Assembly: GCF_001194135.2 (NCBI RefSeq)
Contig: NC_068997.1
Location: 50,662,398-50,707,231 of the forward strand
Reading direction: 5' to 3'
Length of the DNA stretch: 44,834 nucleotides
Source: Octopus bimaculoides
Taxonomy: Eukaryota
Position 1 is the stretch's first letter. Each line of letters opens with the position of its first letter. The notes under the pieces were generated by a model. The model saw nothing but the letters and a program-made list of their open reading frames with translations. It was not told the DNA's origin and made no database searches. Positions 35,549 through 44,834 of this stretch are shown piece by piece. A program made the position numbers and the translations under genes.

Positions 35549-37627
35549 GAAAAAAAAAAAAGAAAAATACCTATTACACTTCTTTTTTTTGTTTTGGTGA
35601 CCAGGAGTAATTATAATCCTGTTCACAAAGCATGTTTTGATGAAGCTTTTACCAATTAGCTTTTGATTTCTCATAGATTTTAAAGTATTTTTTTGCTTAT
35701 CGAGTGACAGAAAGAGGGTTGAGTGTTGCTTTTGAAGATTTTCTTTTCGTAAAAACGTGAAAAATGAAATAAGGGGGAAAATTTTAAATACTTGCGGTTC
35801 TTGGATAGGAGTAATTTTTACACAGTATCTTCTACAATCTTTCAGCTGTCGTTTCATATAAAAATTATTTCGATACATGTAATATATTTTCAGTTTTCTC
35901 AGAGTGTAGTTGGGTCTCAAGTGGGTAGCACAAACCTGGTATGTTTTATAGTTAAAACAAAATTTCCATTCAAATGGCAATTACTGGACGATTTCTGTTC
36001 AAGTCTGACCGCTTTCATTCGTACCAGAAACGCGAGCTATGTCGCAAATAGGCATATCGGTATTGTATAAATTCTATAATTGAAAAATTGGGGTACATTT
36101 TCAGATTAACACCCGCACGATTTTCACTAGGGTGTTGGGGTTTTAGGGTTAAGGTTTTAGGGGGCTATCTTTCGATTTGATGTGAGGAAATGCCAAGTGA
36201 AAAGCACATGGGTTTTGTTTACATCTAATCGGCTTTCGGCCTTTTCCGTGAAATTGCTTCGTTGAACACAAGACGTGAGGGAGCAACGGTGCGTGTATGT
36301 ATTATGATGTAGATGGTCATTCCGATGTACCTCTGCTGAAATACTAGAACTGTACTAAAACCAATGTTTACCAAATGAAAACTCAGACAATTTGTCTTAT
36401 AAATAACAATGGTTTATTAATGTTATTATTATTATTTTCATATTCTCCAAACATTGGTGTAGAAAAATAGTGGTTTTGGGGAAAAAAAAACTCTTTTGTG
36501 GGAATGATAAAAAGAAAATATTTTTTTTTACTGGCAAGTGAGAAGTCTTAGTCTGAGGTTCCGTAAATGGAGATTTTGGTGAAACTAATTACGACTAAAA
36601 ACATTGCATAATGTTTCATTGTTAATACCTTGTAGGCATAAGGCGTTGAGCTGGCAGAATCGTTAGCATGCCAGCGTTTTGTGTCTTTACGTTCTGAGTT
36701 CAAATTCCACTGAAGTTGATTTTGTCTTTCATCCTTTCGGGGTCGATAAGGTAAGTACCAGTTGAGGAGTGGGGGTGGGGGTTTAGACGTAATCGTCTGA
36801 CCACCTCCTCTGAAATTGCTGGCCTTGTGCCAAAATTTGAAATCATTATATGACAGTGTGGTTAAGAAGATGGATTTGCAATGACATGGTTGCTGGTTCA
36901 TTTCCCTGAGGGGAAATTGTCTTCTACTGTAGCTGTGGGTCAATTAGCATCATCAGCATTTAACGTCCATTTTCCATGCTGGCATGTATTGGACGGCTTG
37001 GCAGGAACTGGCAAAAGCAGGGGCTGCACCAGGTTCCATAGTCTGCTTAGATTTTGATAGCCTTCCTAATGCCAGAAACTGAAAGGAGCACACTATCTTA
37101 GAAAACGGATGGAAAAACTTCCTACTAAATTGTTTATCATGGATGAAAGCAGTGCATTATGAGAGAAAGGAATTCTAATGAGATTGTATTCAGCATGAAA
37201 ACTATCAAGAGAAATGTTAAGTGTGTGTAAAATTGCCTCAGTACGTTAGTACTTTAATTTGATTTATTTTACATCTGATGTGGCTTTGTTGAGACATTGA
37301 ACTACTAGTTCTTACAGTAGCTTTTCAAAATTGGCTCCATTCGAGGAGGCTGGATGTATAATTTTAGCCTGAGCTGCTTCTTTGAGGTGTTTTCTCTTCT
37401 TTATTACCTTTAGTTCATCTCAGGGGAGATGTTCATTAACTCTTGATTCCATGGGTGCATGTGCAATATACTGGGTGCATGTGTACATTCATATTATATA
37501 CACACAAAATACAAGAAGTGAAAAATTATTTGCACTTTTGCCAAAACTCTGTCGGTTCACTGTACTGTCTTCAGCGCTTGCTTGACCTTATCTGTTCCAG
37601 TTTTCTTTCTTGTGTGACAAGGTAAAC

Positions 37628-38700
37628 ATGGCTGCTCCGCTGGCAGTGTGCACCAAAGGAAAACAGAAATCAGTAACCCAATTTCTCCGGTCTGAATTTG
37701 CATCAGGGGCTGAAATTCATCACAGGTTTTCAATACAATATGAAAACAGTGCACTACCATGTAGAAGTGTGTATAAATGAATTGAGAAGTTTAAAAATAG
37801 CCTGACATGTGTGAAGCACAAAGAGGGAGCTGACATCCATCAACCTCAGACATGAAGATGCAACTGACTTGAGAAACGATTCTTGTAAACTGATGAGCGA
37901 CCATTGATGAGATGGCATGTTCTCTGCAAATTAGTCATGGTTCTGTATACAAAATCATCCATGACAAGCTTTGCTTCTATAATGTCTGTGCAAGATGGGT
38001 GCCAAGAGAGCTTACCAAAGTGCCTAAGTACAACTGTGTGGAGATCTGTCAACACTTATAAATATAAATGCGCCCTTTTAAAGCCTAGCGAGGCTCATGG
38101 GCCCGGTTTCCATGGCGTATGTGTTCACCAGCTGGACGGGACGCCAGTCCATCGCAGCGTTACTCATTTTTGCCAGCTGAGTGAACTGGAGCAATGTGAA
38201 ATGAAGTGTTTAGCTCAAGAACACAACGCGTCACCTGATCCAGGAATCGAAACCACAATCTTACAGTCATGTTGATGACACCCTAACCACTAAGCCACGT
38301 GCCTCCACCTGTCAACACTTTCTCAACCACAATAACAATGAAGGAGAAACATTGGGGTGGGGGGAGAATAGTCATGAGGGATGAGACTCTGGGTCCATCA
38401 CTCGAAGCTGGAATCCAAAAGGCAGAGGATGGAGTGGAAACACCTGGAATTGCCAGCGACAAAGAAATTCAAGACTCAATAGTTTTTAGGAACACAAAAG
38501 GGTGTATAGTGTAACACTACTTGGAAAAGGGGTCTATAGTCACCAGTGCAGGCTAGAGTGAAACCAGTAATTCACATCAAATTCCAGGATCTATTGCCAA
38601 ATCAAGTGTTATTAAAGCATGACAATGCATGTCCACATATGACAATCCACACTGTTGGAACCATTAAAAAATTGGGTTTTAAGCTGCTGGAATACTTGAA
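37628..38700 (+). mobile_element. Decayed mariner transposase interrupted by a SINE
   Basis: MAAPLAVCTK...GAEIHHRF...IEKFKN; CARWVPREL; HYLEKG; LLKHDNACPH. Contains stops and frameshifts. Confidence 0.85.
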
Positions 38701-38957
38701 AATGATGTAATTGGTTGTTGCACATCTTTAGCTTATGCAATTCCAGTGTACAGAGCAGTATCAATGGAAAAACAAAGAACGGTGCACCAGAATTGCATAA
38801 GCTGAAGATGCACAACGACCACTGAATCGTTGACACAAAAACTTAATCCTGAAAGTTTCCATGCTTGCAACATTTTACAAAGTCCTCTGGTCCCAATGAC
38901 GTTGAGGGCTGCCTCTTTTTTCATCGCATGTGGTTTGTTGATATATATATTCATGTA

Positions 38958-39332
38958 CTCTTTTACTTGTTTCAGTCATTTGACTGCGGCCATGCTGGAG
39001 CACCACCTTTTAGCCGAACATATCGACCCAAGCCTAGTACTTATTCTATCGGTCACTTTTTGCTGAACCACTATGTTACCGGGACGTAAACATACCAGCA
39101 TCGGTTGTCAAGCGATGGTGGGGGGACAAACACAGACACACATACATATATATATATATACATATATACAACGGGCTTCTTTCAGTTTCCGTCTACCAAA
39201 TCCACTCACAAGGCTTTGGTCGGCCCGAGGCTATAGTAGAAGACACTTGCCCAAGGTGCCACGCAGTGGGACTGAACCTAGAACCATGTGGTTGGTAAGC
39301 AAGCTACTTACCACACAGCCACTCCTGCGCCT
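38958..39332 (-). mobile_element. SINE family 1 copy, near full length
   Basis: Reverse complement of 35079-35548. Confidence 0.9.
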
Positions 39333-39805
39333 ATGTGTGTATTTTGTCTATATATATATATATATATATNNNNNNNNNNNNNNNNNNNNNNNNNNNNNNN
39401 NNNNNNNNNNNNNNNNNNNNNNNNNNNNNNNNNNNNNNNNNNNNNNNNNNNNNNNNNNNNNNNNNNNNNNNNNNNNNNNNNNNNNNNNNNNNNNNNNNNN
39501 NNNNNNNNNNNNNNNNNNNNNNNNNNNNNNNNNNNNNNNNNNNNNNNNNNNNNNNNNNNNNNNNNNNNNNNNNNNNNNNNNNNNNNNNNNNNNNNNNNNN
39601 NNNNNNNNNNNNNNNNNNNNNNNNNNNNNNNNNNNNNNNNNNNNNNNNNNNNNNNNNNNNNNNNNNNNNNNNNNNNNNNNNNNNNNNNNNNNNNNNNNNN
39701 NATTATATATATATAATTATTAATTGTTAATTGATTTATTAATTAATAAATTGATAATCCTTTACCCTTTTAATTTGTAATAAGTATATATATATATATA
39801 TATAT

Positions 39806-39960
39806 GTTATAAATGACAGACAAATGTTTTGATGAGTCTTTAACAATAAAAAATTCGAATATCACGACAAATTTGTATCCTAATTCAAAAACACGCTTTT
39901 GAGTCATTAAACAAATCGTTAAATAAATATTCATCGAAATATTTGTCTGTCATTTATGAC
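39806..39960. mobile_element. Small MITE-like element with 30-bp TIRs
   Basis: GTTATAAATGACAGACAAATGTTTTGATGA is nearly the reverse complement of 39931-39960. Confidence 0.6.
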
Positions 39961-40069
39961 TCCTTGTACACTCCTTATCCTTTGTTCTCGTATATTACTT
40001 TATGGTTTGTACAATGATACATTAAGGAGTATTTTTATTCGGAGTACTACTGGATTACTTGGATGCATA

Positions 40070-40440
40070 TTGTTGTTGGCACTCCGTCGCTTACCACGAC
40101 AAGGGTTCCCAGTTGATCCGATCAACGGAACAGGCTGCTCGTGAAATTAATGTGCAAGTGGCTGAGCACTCCACAGACACGTGTACCCTTAGCGTAGTTC
40201 TCGGGGATATTCAGCGTGACACAGTGTGACAAGGCTGACCCTTTGAATTACAGGCACAACAGAAACAGGAAGTAAGAGTGAGAGAAAGTGGTGGTGAAAG
40301 AGTACAGCAGGGTTCGCCACCATCCCCTGCCAGAGCCTCGTGGAGCTTTAGGTGTTTTCGCTCAATAATCACTCACAATGCCCGGTCTGGGAATCGAAAC
40401 CGCGAGTCCGCTGCCCTAACCACTGGGCCATTGCGCCTCC
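40070..40440 (-). mobile_element. tRNA-derived SINE family 2
   Basis: Minus strand GCGCAATGGCCCAGTGGTTAGGG...GTTTCGATTCCC head and TGAGCGAAAACACC core. Related copies at about 7385-7730(+) and 9840-10070(+). Similar heads at 4430-4690(+) and 38100-38310(-). Confidence 0.8.
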
Positions 40441-41013
40441 ACACTTGGATGCATATATTGTGACTTAAACAAACACATGAGAGAGAGAAAGAGAGAAACA
40501 TACCTGTATTAAAATAATAGATTGACCTTTAATATAAATGTTCACTTTCTTTGGTTTTGGATTTACAAAGAGACAACAGGATGCTGTGACATAGATGCCT
40601 TGCCAATAATATTAACAAATATAAAAGAAGTGAAATGGATTCAAACAATCAAAAGAAGGTTCGTAGACTCAGTTTGCTGTAGGTTTACCTAAAATCCTTG
40701 CCTTGTCTGTAAAGAATCTCTTTGGAATCAAGTCACATGACCAAATTTTGCAGAGAAAGATTATTATTGACAGAACTGATGACACATCACTTTACCTCAA
40801 TATATTATTGGTATTTGTGTTACTGGCCCTCTCTCCTCCTCCTCTTATAACAAAGAGTAAAACATGGCAGGATTTGAGTTTGGGGTCGAGGGGAATATAA
40901 TTTAGGTTCTGTAATGTTAGTGTTTCCCAGCCTTTTTATGGTTGAGGAACCCTTAAAATACATTCCATATCTCAAGGAACCTCTACATAGAAATCATTAT
41001 AAATCTTTATTAA

Positions 41014-41407
41014 CCCTTTTGTTACCATATTTATCTGTTGTTTTCAGTTAATTTTGAAAATATTGAAAAAATTTAGGAAAATAACTATTACTGTTAACTT
41101 TTCTGTTACCATATTTCTGTTGATATACACTGCCTTTGTTTCAATAAATTGTGAAAATATTAAGGAATTTAGTAAAATAACTTTGTTATTGACTTTTTTC
41201 TAAAGCATGTCTGTTGAAATACAATGCATTTGTTTCAATAAATTGCGAAAATATTGAAGAATTTAGTAAAATAACTTTGTAATTATTATGCTGGTGTTTG
41301 GAATAAAAATTAACATGAAATTTTGATGGAAGATTTTAATTTATATGACTTTAGGAAATTTGTATCAGAACCAAGAGTGATTTTAAGTGGATTTAGTATC
41401 AAAAGGG
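41014..41407. mobile_element. piggyBac-like MITE
   Basis: TTAA-CCCTTTTG...CAAAAGGG-TTAA, with internal tandem subrepeats. Confidence 0.8.
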
Positions 41408-41599
41408 TTAATATTTTTCCTTTTCAATTTCATAAAGTTAAATTTTGTAAGAGATTAAATAAATTGTAAAACTATCTTTAAAAGATTTGGCACTGCTAAA
41501 TTAATCCGTTGAACTCCACAAAGGAATTTTATAAAATTTCGTCTTAACCAAGAACCAGTTTAAAATCAAACTGCCCTCCCCACTACAATTCTCTATTAA

Positions 41600-41832
41600 T
41601 CCTTTTGTTATCATATTTCTTGTAAATATACACTGCCTTTTTGTATTATTTATTAATATAACTTTTGAAAATAATGAAGTATTCAAGAAAATAACTTGTT
41701 ATTTAGCTGGTGTTTGGAACAGAAATTAACATGGAATTTTGAAGGAAGGTTTTTAATTTAGATAATTTGAAATAAAAAGTTTGTATCATGGAATCAGGGG
41801 ACAGGGTCATGGGTGGGTTGGTATCAAAAGGG
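41600..41832. mobile_element. Second piggyBac-like MITE of the same family
   Basis: TTAA-TCCTTTTG...CAAAAGGG-TTAA, internally similar to 41014-41407. Confidence 0.75.
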
Positions 41833-42995
41833 TTAAATGGTTGCTTTTGCCCATAGGGTTACTTTACCATCTGCAGATATCAAGATTTTCCCCTTACCTT
41901 AGAGGGTGTGCTGTGGGAGTATAATAAAATTACAAACATTGAATTAAACACAAAATTAGCTCAAGAATACATTTGCATAAGATTAACCTATTTATCGGTA
42001 TTTTTAGAGGAACCCTTAAACACCTAAAGGAAACCTAGGGTTCCTGGGAAATGCTGCTGCAACGTACTTAGCCTGGCATCTTAGCAAATCAGCCATCTGT
42101 TTAGGTGTGAGCAAGAACTGGAGAAAGATGTTCTGATTCTTAGTGAACCAAGAAAGTCTATGATACAGCTTTGAGTTTTGGTTGAGCTGTCAATTCCTAC
42201 TGTGATTGCCAATACCCTGACACTAACGTGCATACATATCACCTGCCTTCCCTCTCACCTCATACCACTTTTTCTGTTTCTATCCAATCTCCTTACCAAC
42301 AACTGTTATGTAGCTGCCTGTCACTTCCTCTCTTCTATGGCTCTTTCTCTTTTCCTTTCCTTTCCTCTCTCTCTCCTATTACCAGTTCATCACACTCTTT
42401 GTATTCTATCTGCCAGGGACAAGACAACCCCCAGATTCTGGCAAATAAACAAATGGAGACAATATACAATACAGAGAACTCCTTAGTCTAGCTGCAGACA
42501 ACACAACCTCTCTGGTGCTGGAACCAGATTAAAAGGAACCCAATACACTTTGTGAAGCATTTGGTAAATGAACAGAAATAATACGGAGTACAGAGGACTC
42601 TTTAGGCTGTTCTGGGGGTAAAAGTAACAGCTCAAGTGTGGGTGCCATGACTAAATGCACCCAGTACATTCTGTGAAGGGTTTGGTAATAAGCAGGGCAT
42701 CCAGTGGTAAAGAAGCAACCCAAGAATGGAATGTATAAATGAGACATGGTCCTTGACCCACCAAGGGGGACAGTAACTCTGAACAAGACGAGGATGAATG
42801 ATATATATATATATAACATCATCATTTTTACATCCTCCTTACATGCTGACATGGGCATAAAAGTAATGAGGTATATATATATATATATATATATGATGAA
42901 CATTATCATTTTAAATCTATTTTTCCATGGTGGTAAGAGTTTGATGGTTTCATAAAGACCCAACCAACTCAGATGAAAAATGATAATGATGAAAC

Positions 42996-43029
<34 letters not shown>

Positions 43030-43316
43030 NNNNNNNNNNNNNNNNNNNNNNNNNNNNNNNNNNNNNNNNNNNNNNNNNNNNNNNNNNNNNNNNNNNNNNN
43101 NNNNNNNNNNNNNNNNNNNNNNNNNNNNNNNNNNNNNNNNNNNNNNNNNNNNNNNNNNNNNNNNNNNNNNNNNNNNNNNNNNNNNNNNNNNNNNNNNNNN
43201 NNNNNNNNNNNNNNNNNNNNNNNNNNNNNNNNNNNNNNNNNNNNNNNNNNNNNNNNNNNNNNNNNNNNNNNNNNNNNNNNNNNNNNNNNNNNNNNNNNNN
43301 NNNNNNNNNNNATTCT

Positions 43317-43449
43317 TCATACAAGAGGGTGTTGTAAAGTCCTTGTTGTCGGCCGATAGCGAATGTTTACACTGGAAGTTGTTGGGGTGTGGTAAACATG
43401 TTCGCCTTTAGAATATTCCATTGGTTGGTAGTCGATAAAGGAGTCAGTG
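43317..43449 (-). CDS. Candidate orphan terminal exon (TDSFIDYQPMEYSKGEHVYHTPTTSSVNIRYRPTTRTLQHPLV-stop)
   Basis: Strong pyrimidine tract TATTTTCTTCTTCTTCCATTACATCAG and a 43-codon non-repetitive frame. No partner exon or homology recognised. Confidence 0.3.
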
Positions 43450-44834
43450 CTGATGTAATGGAAGAAGAAGAAAATATTTAGTTAAGATTAAAGAGAGACA
43501 GAAAGAATAGACAAAAAAAAAAGAAAAACCCCAAAAGTTTCTTGAAATAAGAGAGTTTAGTTAAATAAAGTAAAAAAAAAAAAAACAATCCCAAAAATTA
43601 CATTAAAGAACATCACTGTTTTTAATGTTCACTTTTCCATGCTATCATGGGTTGGATAGAGTTTATTAAGGCAGATTTTCTATGGCTGGATGCCCTTCCT
43701 GTCACCCAACCCTCACCTGTTCCCAAGCAAGGTAATATTTTCCCCTTGGCCAGACATGTTTTTGCAGAATATTGGAAATGCACAACACTGCTTGTGTGAC
43801 AGTGACTTTCATTTACATCACAGAGTGTCAAGATAAGGAAACACAGACACATATATATATCATCATTTCCTCAGGAACTGCCAAGTCAAAATATTGAACC
43901 AATGCCTGCTGTCTGATTTTTTTCAGTTACTTGACTGCAGCCATGCTGCAGCGCCACCATTAGTCGAAGGAATCAACCCCCAGGACTTATTCTTTGTAAG
44001 CCTAGTACTTATTCTATTGGTCTCTTTTTGCTGAACTGCTAAGTTACGGGGGATGTAAACACACCAAAATCGGTTGTCAAGTGATGGTGGGGGGACAAAC
44101 ACAGACCCACAAACATAAACATGACAGGCTTCTTTCAGTTTCCGTCTACCAAATCTACTCACAAGGCTTTGGTTGGCCCAAGGCTATAGCAAAAAACACT
44201 TGCTCAAGGTGCTACACAGTGAAACTGAACCCGGAACCTTGATGGGCTTTTTTCAGTTTCTTAATTCTTTATTGCCCACAAGGGGCTAAACATAGAGGTG
44301 ACAAACAAGGACAGACAGAGGGATTAAGTCGATTATATTGACCCCAGTGCGTAACTGGTACTTAATTTATCGACTCCGAAAGGATGAAAGGCAAAGTCGA
44401 CATTGGCAGAATTTGAACTCCAAATGTAACGGCTAACGTTTCTGCCAGCTCGCAGCTTTTTTCAGTTTCTGTTTACCAAATCCACTCACAAGGCTTTGGT
44501 TGGCCCAAGGCTATAGCAAAAAACACTTGCCCAAGGTGCTACACAGTGGGACTGAACCTGGAACCATGTGGTTGGCAAGCAAGCTTCTTACCACAGCTAC
44601 ATACTGTTTCAACCAGCATTAACAGGCTGAGAGGTGCAAGTCAAAGGAGAAATGCAGCTGCAAATATACTGCTGGCATTGACTCGTAATCCTCACACTTG
44701 CAATATCTGCAGGCTTCTTTGCAAATTTTTGGAAAGACTCAAATACTACATGTGACATAAGTACTGTGACTGACAAAAGAACATGTAGGTTGTCGGATTC
44801 TCATGTTATCAAAACCAACAGGAGACTCCATCGT

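Larger units (their letters stand above)
40918..42056. mobile_element. Non-autonomous hAT-like element
   Basis: TIRs TAGTGTTTCCCA and TGGGAAATGCTG, subterminal GGAACCC motifs, imperfect flanking repeat CTGTAATGT/CTGCAACGT. Confidence 0.6.

Noticed and set aside
44584-44834. Possible minus-strand exon upstream of the 43449 acceptor
   Set aside because: All frames stop near the GTATGT donor, the phase does not match, and the donor overlaps a SINE head.

Overview
AT-rich, repeat-dense eukaryotic scaffold with many N gaps. The SINE, LINE and microsatellite content suggests a coleoid cephalopod, most likely Octopus (inference). Two spliced genes were reconstructed by hand from GT-AG sites with matching phases, arranged head-to-head around a CpG-containing island at about 11.9-12.4 kb. 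(1) Plus strand: CCDC113/CFAP263, 8 coding exons, 12263-34182, 378 aa, with an RFX X-box just before the ATG. (2) Minus strand: a 310-aa GAREM/THEMIS-like adaptor, 5 coding exons, 8627-1570, with one CABIT-like domain and a YENP plus proline-rich tail. The rest is mostly mobile DNA: tRNA-derived SINEs, RTE, R4/Dong-like and CR1/L2-like LINE fragments, mariner relics, MITEs and a solo LTR. The most notable non-coding signals are minimal type I hammerhead ribozyme motifs (best at 1037-1095, inside a long inverted repeat), a spacerless 198-bp palindrome and a 268-bp inverted duplication in CCDC113 intron 1. Most ORFs in the supplied track are spurious. Family assignments come from remembered motifs; no database search was run.
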